Part shown: one piece after another, positions 24,358-32,000 of the stretch
Layout of the letters: each line of letters opens with the position of its first letter
Position numbering within the stretch: position 1 is the first letter of the stretch
NCBI RefSeq assembly: GCF_030269905.1
Contig: NZ_BSVC01000003.1
Span: 397,356-429,355 of the forward strand
DNA length: 32,000 nt
Origin: Pelosinus sp. IPA-1
GTDB lineage: Bacteria > Bacillota > Negativicutes > DSM-13327
Direction: 5' to 3'
Translations under genes and position numbers: made by a program
The notes under the pieces: generated by a model
The model's database searches: none
Told to the model about the DNA's origin: nothing
What the model saw: the letters and a program-made list of their open reading frames with translations, nothing else

Positions 24358-25467
24358 ATGAATCGGCGGCAATTTATTAATTACAGTGGAGCGAGTCTTG
24401 CCCTGCTAGGGGGAGCTTATTTATTCAATTCACTGTTGCAATTAAAAACACCTGATAGAGAAAACGTAGGTAACCAGATAAAGGGGTTAGATGATGGTTT
24501 GCTAGATATAATTTATCTAGCCTCTTTGGCACCTAGCGGACATAATACCCAACCATGGACGGTAAGGATTATTGATAGTAATCACTGGATTATCGGTATA
24601 GATCTAACTAGGTGTTTATCTGTTGTTGATCCAGAAAATCGTGAAGCTCTTCTTTCTATAGGTGCTTTTTTAGAAAACTTAGTTATTGCAGCGAGGGTAA
24701 AGGGATATGACGTAGATGCTGAAGTAGTAGCTAAGCATCCAAAGGATAGAGATGTAGTAGATATAAAGTTATATAAAGTAAATTCGTCAAGTAATTTTGA
24801 TGTTAAGAAAATAAAATTGCGCAGGACTGTTAGAAATAAAATTCTTAGAGATCAGTTATCAGGGGAAGATATTCGATTTCTAATAGGGGAAAATACAGAT
24901 CGTTTTATTTACTATACAAGGGATTCAAAGGAAGGAAATTATCTTGCAGAAGGAACTTTTTTGGCTAACAAATGCCAAACATATAGGGATACTGCACAAG
25001 AGGAATTGGCGAAGTGGATTCGATGGTCGAACCATGATAGTAGGCAGTATCGAAATGGGTTAACTCCTGAAACAATGGAGATAGATGGTATAGCAAAATG
25101 GTATGTGAAAAATTTTTATTCTAGACAATCTGTTTTGGAGAACCGTTTTCGAGAGGAAACGATTAAAAAAGTACGAGAACAAGTGGCTGCAGGCAGCGGG
25201 TGGTTGTTAATTACCAGTAAGAATTCTTCAATTCCAGAATTAATTGATACGGGTCGAAAGCTTCAAAGGTTATGGCTTGAGGTACGGAGTAAAAGAATAG
25301 CAATCCATCCCATGACCCAAATGATTGAAGAAGAAGTAATCGGAAATGAAATGGCATCTTTTTTAGGAATTAGTGAGAAAATCCAATTTTTATTACGAAT
25401 AGGCTATTGTAGTGACTATCCCCAACCCGTGAGTCCAAGAATGTTATTAGCGAATATAATCTTATAA
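24358..25467 (+). CDS. Nitroreductase-family flavoprotein with twin-arginine (Tat) signal
   Basis: Tat-like N-terminus MNRRQFINYSGASLALLGGAYLF, followed by a nitroreductase fold signature (LASLAPSGHNTQPW). Confidence 0.75.
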   Translation: MNRRQFINYSGASLALLGGAYLFNSLLQLKTPDRENVGNQIKGLDDGLLDIIYLASLAPSGHNTQPWTVRIIDSNHWIIGIDLTRCLSVVDPENREALLSIGAFLENLVIAARVKGYDVDAEVVAKHPKDRDVVDIKLYKVNSSSNFDVKKIKLRRTVRNKILRDQLSGEDIRFLIGENTDRFIYYTRDSKEGNYLAEGTFLANKCQTYRDTAQEELAKWIRWSNHDSRQYRNGLTPETMEIDGIAKWYVKNFYSRQSVLENRFREETIKKVREQVAAGSGWLLITSKNSSIPELIDTGRKLQRLWLEVRSKRIAIHPMTQMIEEEVIGNEMASFLGISEKIQFLLRIGYCSDYPQPVSPRMLLANIIL

Positions 25468-25723
25468 GCGGCGCACATATATTTCAATCGCTTGTTGTTC
25501 AAGGATGATTAACCTAGAAAATTGCAAATGTATTTAATGAAACTAGCATTAAGAGTGAATTCGTTGAGCTCTGGCTGAAAACGGAGGAATTTTAAGAAAA
25601 TTCCAATTGGCAAAGGAAACTAAAGAAAAATGTCGAAAATTATCTTTAAATGTAATTGATACGAAGCGGTTTATCATGTTTACTTTAGATGCAAGTACAA
25701 TTTATTTAAAGGAGTCTATAAAA

Positions 25724-27757
25724 ATGAAAGTGAAAAATATCCAAACTCGTTTACTGCTTAGCCTTATTCCTCTTATTTTAGTGGTGCTAATTGCTTTATC
25801 CGGTGTTAGTTACTATCTAGCCAAACAATCTCTATTAAAAAGTGTAGATGATACTGGGCGAGCGGTAGGTACTGATTATAGCAATCGAGTACAAGCAGAT
25901 ATGGAAAAGATGATTGTTCAATTAGAGGATTTAGCCAGTATTCAGCGTATTCGTACAGGCACTGATAAAGTTCAGATTAAAGAGGCCATGGCAGAGATGC
26001 AGAAACGGCTTGGAATTTTTGATGTTGTTGCTTTCATTTCACCTGATGGATCAGGGATTATTAATACAGGACAAACGGCTTCCTACAATGATCGAGAATA
26101 TTTTAAGAAGGTGCTAGCAACAAAGAAGGCTGTTGTATCAGATCCTCTCGTTTCAAAAGTTACAGGAAAACTGGCAGTTGTTTTAGCAGTACCTGTAATC
26201 AATAATGGCCAACTAACAGGAGTATTAATTGGAACTTTTTCCATGGAAAAATTAAGTGAGATGATGAAAGATCTAAAATTCTTAGATACAGGTTACGGTC
26301 AAGTTGCAGATGATTCGGGTATGGTTATTGCTCATCCCAAACAACCTGATCTGGTAGGGAAATTAAATCTTCTTGATAAGAAAATTAACCCAGAACTTAA
26401 GTTATCGCAAAGTGATCTTGACGAACGGTTGACCAATATATTTAAGGTGGCAGCCAAAACTGGAGAACAGTCCAGAGGAATATATAGCTTTGTTGATGGC
26501 GTGGAAAGGGTTGCAGTAGCCACCCCAATTAATTTGCCAGGTGACCAGCGGTGGGTTGTAATCGTAGCGGCGCCTGAAGTGGAAGCTACTCGTCAAGTCG
26601 ATAGCCTAAGCAAAATGATGTTATTGATTTCTATAATCTGTTTACTCATCGCAGTAGCAGCTATTTTGTTCATTGCGAAACAGTTTGTAAAACCAATTTT
26701 GCTGATACGTGACGAATGTGTACTATTAGCTGAAGGAGATTTGCGGGAACGAGAGACAAAAATTTCTTCCGAAGATGAGATTGGGCAATTAGCAAAGGGG
26801 TTTCGCGAGATGAGGACCAATCTACGCGAGCTTGTCACAAAGGTTCACTCTCAGTCCGAGCAATTGGCAGCTTCTAGTGAAGAATTGACAGCCAGTGCCG
26901 ATCAGTCTGCACAAGCTGCCAATCAAGTTGCTATATCAATTACCGATATGGCAAATGGTTCACAAGAGCAATTGTCTGCAGCAGACGAGGCCTCTATTGT
27001 AGTGGAAGGCATGTCAGCAAGTATCCAGCAGGTATCAGCTACTACCAACGAAGTAGCTGAGCAATCTAACCAAGCAGCTAATAAAGCAAAAGAGGGAAAT
27101 ACGGCAGTAAATAAAGCGGTTACCCAAATGAGGCAAATTGAGCAGACTGTACAAACCTCTGCGAAAGCAGTAGCCGAATTAGGTGAACAATCTAAGGAAA
27201 TCGGCCAGATTGTTGCTACGATCTCCGGGATTGCTGGGCAGACTAATTTATTGGCTCTTAATGCAGCGATCGAAGCTGCACGGGCTGGCGAACAAGGACG
27301 TGGTTTTGCTGTAGTAGCTGAAGAGGTTCGTAAGCTAGCTGAGCAGTCTCAAGAGGCGACAAAACAGATCGCCTCATTGATTAATGGAATTCAAGGAGAA
27401 ACAGATAAAGCAGTCATGGCAATGGATAATGGCACGCGAGAAGTTAAGTTAGGCGCAGAAGTAGTCGATGCTGCTGGACACGCATTCCAGGAAATCGTGG
27501 AAATGGTGACTCAAGTATCGGATCAAGTAAATGAGATTTCTTCTGCCATTGACCAAATGGCAAATGGTAGCCAACAAATTGTAGAATCCGTAAATCGGAT
27601 TGGTAACTTGAGTAAAAAAGCTACAGCAGAGTCCCAGACCGTTTCTGCAGCTACGGAGGAACAATCCGCTTCTATGGAGGAAATTGCTTCTTCTAGCCAG
27701 AGCCTGGCAAATCTAGCTATGGATCTTAGAGAAGCCGTTAATCGTTTCAGAGTATAA
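25724..27757 (+). CDS. Methyl-accepting chemotaxis protein with dCache-type periplasmic sensor and HAMP domain
   Basis: TM1 [16 protein letters not shown]. Cache-like region ([12 protein letters not shown]...[11 protein letters not shown]....[23 protein letters not shown]). TM2 and HAMP ([20 protein letters not shown]). Highly conserved signalling hairpin [34 protein letters not shown]. The preferred start is ATG 25724, with RBS ggag upstream. Confidence 0.9.
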   Translation: MKVKNIQTRLLLSLIPLILVVLIALSGVSYYLAKQSLLKSVDDTGRAVGTDYSNRVQADMEKMIVQLEDLASIQRIRTGTDKVQIKEAMAEMQKRLGIFDVVAFISPDGSGIINTGQTASYNDREYFKKVLATKKAVVSDPLVSKVTGKLAVVLAVPVINNGQLTGVLIGTFSMEKLSEMMKDLKFLDTGYGQVADDSGMVIAHPKQPDLVGKLNLLDKKINPELKLSQSDLDERLTNIFKVAAKTGEQSRGIYSFVDGVERVAVATPINLPGDQRWVVIVAAPEVEATRQVDSLSKMMLLISIICLLIAVAAILFIAKQFVKPILLIRDECVLLAEGDLRERETKISSEDEIGQLAKGFREMRTNLRELVTKVHSQSEQLAASSEELTASADQSAQAANQVAISITDMANGSQEQLSAADEASIVVEGMSASIQQVSATTNEVAEQSNQAANKAKEGNTAVNKAVTQMRQIEQTVQTSAKAVAELGEQSKEIGQIVATISGIAGQTNLLALNAAIEAARAGEQGRGFAVVAEEVRKLAEQSQEATKQIASLINGIQGETDKAVMAMDNGTREVKLGAEVVDAAGHAFQEIVEMVTQVSDQVNEISSAIDQMANGSQQIVESVNRIGNLSKKATAESQTVSAATEEQSASMEEIASSSQSLANLAMDLREAVNRFRV

Positions 27758-27785
27758 CTTTAACCCTTCAATCTAGTGGACATTG

Positions 27786-27826
27786 AATACCCATAGTATA
27801 TCGCGTAGAATGCTGTGGGTATTTTG
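27786..27826 (+). terminator. Rho-independent terminator after the MCP gene
   Basis: aatacccatag (27786-27796) pairs with ctgtgggtatt (27813-27823) with one G-U pair, followed by tttt. Confidence 0.6.
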
Positions 27827-27995
27827 TGCTGGGTGGTGGCAGGTTACTTTGCCAGTACCTTAAATGATTTTTTTTGTTGACGATTCTATTGATGTAAAAG
27901 TACATGTTGGATTAATGAAATAACGGCTATTTGGTTTTATATGGGCTACTACACTTCATAGCTAAAAAATTTAATTCTAGAATGGAGGATTTATT

Positions 27996-28373
27996 ATGCG
28001 TATTCTTATTGTAGACGATTCAAGGCTAGTGAGGTCCCAGTTAAAAGATTTTTTGTCATCAAATATTGCTTCTATTGAAATTGAAGAGGCAGCTGATGGG
28101 AAGGAGGCATTAGAAAAACATCGTGTTTTTAAACCGGATGCTATTTTCTTAGATTACATAATACCTGCCCCTGATGGTTTGGCTGTTCTTAAGACTCTGT
28201 CTGAAACTGATAAAAAAGTAAAAGTGATTATGACTACTTCTCTAGCAAGTCAGAACTTTATTTATAAAGATTGCTTGGAATACGGTGCTGTTGCGATACT
28301 TCAAAAACCTATAGATAAGGAAAATGCATTAAAAATAATCAATAAGCATTTTAAATTAAATGGATATGGATGA
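27996..28373 (+). CDS. Single-domain CheY-like response regulator receiver
   Basis: 125 aa with the acidic pocket ILIVDDS, phospho-acceptor context IFLDYIIP, and conserved T/S (IMTTS) and K (LQKP). There is no output domain. Confidence 0.85.
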   Translation: MRILIVDDSRLVRSQLKDFLSSNIASIEIEEAADGKEALEKHRVFKPDAIFLDYIIPAPDGLAVLKTLSETDKKVKVIMTTSLASQNFIYKDCLEYGAVAILQKPIDKENALKIINKHFKLNGYG

Positions 28374-28433
28374 TTAAACAAGACGGAACAAAGGGGCCAG
28401 ATTCCGCTATTTTCTAAATAAACGGTGCAATAC

Positions 28434-28475
28434 GAAAAGATCTACTATTTTATTGGAGAAATAGTAGATCTTTTT
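28434..28475 (+). terminator. Rho-independent terminator after the receiver gene
   Basis: Perfect 16-bp stem: aaaagatctactattt (28434-28449) pairs with aaatagtagatctttt (28458-28473), ending in a T-run. Confidence 0.75.
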
Positions 28476-28593
28476 CTATAATGTGTAAACTAATCTATTC
28501 TATAATAGGCTATATCAAATAGTATCTTGACAGCACGTATTTTCTAAAGGAAAATTGATTTGGAAGTAAAGAGATAAAAAGAGGAGAGTTCAT

Positions 28594-29685
28594 ATGAAAA
28601 TCAAAGAAATCAAGATTGGCAAAGTGAGCATCCCACTAAAAAAAGCCTTCAAGACAGCACTACGCGAAGTGCATTCAGCAGAAGATATTATTATTAAAGT
28701 AATCGCAGATACTGGTGAAGTTGGTTATGGTAATGCACCACCGACAGCAGTAATCACTGGTGATAGTCAAGATTCTGTTATTGCAGCGATACGAGATACA
28801 ATAGGTCCTAAGATAATTGGTATGGAAGTTGATAATCTTGAAAGAATCTTGACGACAATTGAGGGAGCCATGTTACATAATCACTCGGCAAAGGCAGCTC
28901 TTGATATTGCCGTACATGATTTATTTGGAAAGTTATATGGGATTCCGCTTTATAAGTTATTTGGTGGCTATAGGAGTACAATGACGACTGACCTTACTAT
29001 TAGCGTAAATGCACCAGAGGAAATGGTAAGGGATTCATTGGAAGCCATAGCAGAAGGATATACCGAGTTGAAACTAAAAGTAGGAACAGATGTCCAAATG
29101 GATATTAAAAGGGTCAAAGCAATTCGCCAAGCAATTGGTTCCGAGGTTAAAATTCGCCTTGACGCCAATCAGGGGTGGTTACCGAAAGAAGCTGTACGTA
29201 TTATTCGTAAGTTTGAAGATATGGATCTAGGTATTGAACTCATTGAGCAGCCGGTAAAGGCCCATGATTTTGCAGGATTAAAATTTGTGACCGATAATGT
29301 AGAGACGAATATTATGGCAGATGAATCCTCTTTTGGGCCTTATGAAGTATTTACTCTTTTGAGTATGCGTGCTTGTGATCTTATCAATATAAAATTGATG
29401 AAGGCCGGCGGATTGCATAATGCGGCCAAAATTGCGAACATCGCAGAAACTATGGGAGTACAATGCATGATGGGCTGTATGCTGGAAAGTAAAGTTGGCA
29501 TAACGGCAGCTGCTAGCATTGCCGGTGGCAAGAAAATTATTACGAAAACTGATTTGGATGCAGCCGTATTATTAGCTGCAGATCCGGTAGTTGGTGGAGT
29601 TAGCTTTACTAAAAATCAGATTAGACTCTCTGATGCTCCAGGTCTAGGAATTACAGATGTACATGGCTGGCAAGAGATACTTTAA
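28594..29685 (+). CDS. Dipeptide epimerase (L-Ala-D/L-Glu epimerase-like), enolase superfamily MLE subgroup
   Basis: The N-terminal capping domain pattern is I.I.KV.IPLK.AFKTALR......I..I...G..GYG. The barrel motifs are ELKLKVG, IRLDANQGW, IELIEQP, IMADES, INIKLMKAGG and DLD. Confidence 0.85.
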   Translation: MKIKEIKIGKVSIPLKKAFKTALREVHSAEDIIIKVIADTGEVGYGNAPPTAVITGDSQDSVIAAIRDTIGPKIIGMEVDNLERILTTIEGAMLHNHSAKAALDIAVHDLFGKLYGIPLYKLFGGYRSTMTTDLTISVNAPEEMVRDSLEAIAEGYTELKLKVGTDVQMDIKRVKAIRQAIGSEVKIRLDANQGWLPKEAVRIIRKFEDMDLGIELIEQPVKAHDFAGLKFVTDNVETNIMADESSFGPYEVFTLLSMRACDLINIKLMKAGGLHNAAKIANIAETMGVQCMMGCMLESKVGITAAASIAGGKKIITKTDLDAAVLLAADPVVGGVSFTKNQIRLSDAPGLGITDVHGWQEIL

Positions 29686-29716
29686 TGTATTTTTATCAAT
29701 ACAATTTAAGTACAAT

Positions 29717-29755
29717 AAAAAGGTTTAACCCAACAAAGTTGGGTTAAACCTTTTT
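29717..29755. terminator. Bidirectional terminator between convergent genes
   Basis: Perfect 18-nt arms: aaaaaggtttaacccaac (29717-29734) pairs with gttgggttaaaccttttt (29738-29755) across a 3-nt loop. Confidence 0.8.
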
Positions 29756-29768
29756 ACTTTTGGAGTTG

Positions 29769-30146
29769 TTAACCTCTGAATTCTATTGACTCTCCATCTA
29801 AGCCTTCAAATACCACTCTGCGCCAGCCTTTTTCTCTTGGTTCTCTTGCTCCCGTAGGATGGGGTTCGGTAGCAACTGGAATACCTGCATTTTTTAGGCG
29901 GCTGTAGTCTGCATCAAAATTATCACTCTCAAGACAAAAGTGAAAACCTCGATTTGTTACGCCATTTGGCATATGTATCAATTCTAAAACGGTATCACCC
30001 AGTTTTAGGTAGGCTATTTTTTCGATTTCTGGTACTGGTACATTGTGTTCATAATACTTCTTAAAACCAAAGTGTTCTTCGTAAAAATAGATTGATTTAG
30101 CAAGATCCTTAACAATAAAAGCTATATGGTCAATACGTTTAAACAT
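29769..30146 (-). CDS. VOC (glyoxalase / methylmalonyl-CoA epimerase-like) family protein
   Basis: About 125 aa. MFKRIDHIAFIVKDLAKSIYFYEEHFGFK...LKLGDTVLELI...GFHFCLE matches the paired beta-alpha-beta-beta-beta VOC fold. The preferred start is ATG 30146, with RBS aggagg upstream. Confidence 0.8.
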   Translation of the reverse strand: MFKRIDHIAFIVKDLAKSIYFYEEHFGFKKYYEHNVPVPEIEKIAYLKLGDTVLELIHMPNGVTNRGFHFCLESDNFDADYSRLKNAGIPVATEPHPTGAREPREKGWRRVVFEGLDGESIEFRG

Positions 30147-30284
30147 AGACTTTCCTCCTAGTGATTTTATTATGATATTATACCAAGTGTCGCAAGTTCT
30201 AAACAAACTAGATTATAAATCGTGGGGACGGTTCTATTGAGTTAATCTTGATAGTGTGATAGAATATCGTGGGGTGATTAGGGA

Positions 30285-31046
30285 ATGTCCAGGCAAGCGC
30301 GTCAAAAGAGTCAAAGCGGTATATATCACATTATTTTACGCGGCATTAACAAGCAAATACTATTTGAAGAAGAGGAAGACAGAGAAAAGTTCCTTGAGTG
30401 TTTGCGATTTTATAAAGAGAGCAGCAACTACATAATATATGGGTATTGCCTAATGGACAATCATATCCACTTACTTATTAAGGAAGGCAAAGAATCCATT
30501 GGTAACACCATGAAGAGAATTGGTGTTAGCTATGTATCTTGGTATAATCGCAAATATGGCCGAAGTGGTCATTTGTTCCAAGATCGTTTTAAAAGTGAAG
30601 TAGTGGAAGATAATGAATATTTACTGACAGTTTTACGCTATATTCATCAGAATCCATTAAAGTCGGGTAATATAAAACAGTTAGAAAAATATAAATGGAG
30701 CAGCTACGAGGAATATTTAGGTCAACCGAAGACCGTTGATACAGATCTTATATTAAAGATTTTTGCCTCGAAAAAAGAACAGGCAATGATCTATTTTAAA
30801 AACTTTATGAATGAGCAAAATGATGATACGTGCATTGATAGCATTGAGACGAAAAGAATGACGGATCAAGAGATAAAAGAATTAATAAAAAAATATGCAA
30901 GTGTTAATTCACCGAGTGAGTTAAGAAATATGGATATAATGGCAAGAAATCAAGTAATAAGAAAAATAAAGGAAGTCGAAGGGGTATCCACCCGCCAAAT
31001 AGCAAGGCTTATAGGAATTAGTCAAAGTATAGTCTCAAAAGCCTAA
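30285..31046 (+). CDS. Y1 (HUH) tyrosine transposase of the IS200-like / REP-associated (RayT-like) type with C-terminal HTH
   Basis: GIYHIILRGINKQ, HUH motif in MDNHIHLLI, GHLFQDRFKS, catalytic Tyr context VLRYIHQNP, and a C-terminal HTH VSTRQIARLIGISQSIVSKA. I saw no flanking terminal repeats or a tnpB partner. Confidence 0.8.
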   Translation: MSRQARQKSQSGIYHIILRGINKQILFEEEEDREKFLECLRFYKESSNYIIYGYCLMDNHIHLLIKEGKESIGNTMKRIGVSYVSWYNRKYGRSGHLFQDRFKSEVVEDNEYLLTVLRYIHQNPLKSGNIKQLEKYKWSSYEEYLGQPKTVDTDLILKIFASKKEQAMIYFKNFMNEQNDDTCIDSIETKRMTDQEIKELIKKYASVNSPSELRNMDIMARNQVIRKIKEVEGVSTRQIARLIGISQSIVSKA

Positions 31047-31138
31047 GTTGTAGAACAAAGAGATGACTCGTTCTCTTCTTATAGATTGAATTATCGTTAG
31101 CTGACTTCAGCAGCAATAACATAAAACGGAGTAATATT

Positions 31139-31873
31139 ATGGATTTGATATCAAGTAATATATTTCTTATTGTCTTATTCTCATCCTTTATTCAATCAAT
31201 TACCGGATTCGGTTTTGCGGTTGTAGGTACGCCACTGCTTTTATTTTTTATGGAACCAAAGCAGGTTGTTAGTTTGATGGTTTTTGGAGCTTTAATATTG
31301 AATCTTATGGTTATCTATAAAACGAGGGGAAAATCGGACCCCAAAGTCATATGGCCCATGTTCATAGCCAGCTTAATTGGTATTGTACCTGGAGTATATA
31401 TATTGAAAGTAGTAGATGCTTCGAATCTAAAACTCTGCATTGGAATTCTGATTTTATTGGTATCATTATTTATGGCCTCGAATTATGTAATGACAATTAA
31501 GCGAGAGAAGCTGGCGACAGTTTTAGTTGGTATAGTAAGTGGTTTTATGGGGGGCGCAACCAGCTTAAGCGGACCACCCGTTGCCTTGTTTTTGATGAAT
31601 CAACAACAAGACAAAGAAGCTTTTCGTGCCAATCTAGTTCGCTACTTTTGCCTTGGTAATATTGCTACTTTGCTTGTAATGTATTTTATGGAGACAATGG
31701 AGTTAGGGGTGCTAAGGCAAGGCTTGTACGCAATCCCGGGAGTCTTATTAGGTGTATGGGTAGGGGAAAAGGCTTTTGCAAAGGTAAGTCCAAAACTTTT
31801 CAAATGGATTACATTAGGAGTTATATTTTTTTGCGGTACGATTAGTGTTACTAGTGAATTGATAAAAAGATAG
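31139..31873 (+). CDS. TauE/SafE family (DUF81) anion exporter membrane protein
   Basis: 244 aa with about 7-8 TM helices and the family pattern ITGFGFAVVGTPLLL ... GFMGGATSLSGPPVALFL. Confidence 0.8.
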   Translation: MDLISSNIFLIVLFSSFIQSITGFGFAVVGTPLLLFFMEPKQVVSLMVFGALILNLMVIYKTRGKSDPKVIWPMFIASLIGIVPGVYILKVVDASNLKLCIGILILLVSLFMASNYVMTIKREKLATVLVGIVSGFMGGATSLSGPPVALFLMNQQQDKEAFRANLVRYFCLGNIATLLVMYFMETMELGVLRQGLYAIPGVLLGVWVGEKAFAKVSPKLFKWITLGVIFFCGTISVTSELIKR

Positions 31874-32000
31874 ATTACTAGGATTTTTTGCAGCATGAAG
31901 GTGGATGAACGGTCTGCGAGCATGATTCAGCTTGTAGATCTTTTTCGCGGAATCAGAAAGTATAACACTTCCTTGATTCCAAGTAAGAACGACTAAGGTT

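Noticed and set aside
25607-25723. N-terminal extensions given by the ORF track. Examples are the MCP from 25607, the OMP from 11044, DUF362 from 17549, OYE from 20050, VOC to 30206, GNAT-cNMP to 15363, LpxL to 13789 and VirK to 12816.
   Set aside because: In each case an internal ATG has a good Shine-Dalgarno sequence at 4-9 nt and yields the canonical family N-terminus or signal peptide. The upstream extension adds non-homologous residues.
28527-28555. Candidate promoter TTGACA-17-gaaaat upstream of the dipeptide epimerase.
   Set aside because: The -10 hexamer is poor, so it is not reportable with confidence.
31874-32000. Possible 3' end of a minus-strand gene entering from the right window edge.
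   Set aside because: Only about 50-125 nt are visible. One frame stops after 15 codons and another would overlap the TauE gene. There is no recognisable motif, so it cannot be supported.
1-32000. I looked for CRISPR arrays, tRNA/rRNA genes, prophage or integrase genes, toxin-antitoxin pairs and canonical defence systems (restriction-modification, CBASS, retron, Abi).
   Set aside because: I saw no regularly spaced direct repeats, no cloverleaf-like or rRNA-like segments, and no nuclease, methylase, cyclase or reverse-transcriptase motifs in any substantial ORF. The only mobile-element-related gene is the solitary Y1 transposase.

Overview
Dense chromosomal window, roughly 40% GC by eye (not computed), with about 30 protein-coding genes. 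I saw no rRNA, tRNA or CRISPR array. A lipid A late acyltransferase, a VirK/YbjX protein, a small beta-barrel outer-membrane protein and a Tat-signal nitroreductase sit beside Firmicute-style Shine-Dalgarno sites, a KinA-type histidine-kinase H-box and a methylmalonyl-CoA carboxyltransferase. This points to a diderm Firmicute (Negativicutes, Sporomusaceae-like), which is inference only.

Layout:
- 1-1107: 3' part of an acyl-CoA carboxyltransferase gene.
- 1615-7068: ECF sigma factor, polytopic putative anti-sigma, two ABC ATPases, and a 784-aa ABC-2-type permease whose C-terminal ectodomain looks like an M1 aminopeptidase with both zinc-binding histidines replaced.
- 7150-10847: tandem array of four PAF-acetylhydrolase-like alpha/beta hydrolase copies. 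Two are intact and two decayed, a duplication junction is still readable, and an AT-rich small secreted-protein gene is inserted.
- 11098-17252: outer-membrane protein, then on the minus strand a VirK/YbjX plus LpxL/MsbB-like pair, an N-acyl-amino-acid-synthase-like GNAT fused to a cyclic-nucleotide-binding domain, and an orphan PAS histidine kinase.
- 17591-25467: redox/electrophile-detox style genes (DUF362 Fe-S protein, YqhD-like alcohol dehydrogenase, Old Yellow Enzyme, TetR, Gfo/Idh/MocA, MarR with a perfect 21-bp palindromic operator, an exported protein, a Tat nitroreductase).
- 25724-31873: dCache MCP, CheY-like receiver, dipeptide epimerase, VOC protein, a solitary RayT-like Y1 transposase, and a TauE/SafE permease.

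I recognised no canonical phage-defence system. The most unusual items are the sigma/ABC/pseudo-peptidase module, the GNAT-cNMP fusion next to lipid A genes, and the hydrolase birth-and-death array. All family assignments come from motif recognition by eye and no database search was run.
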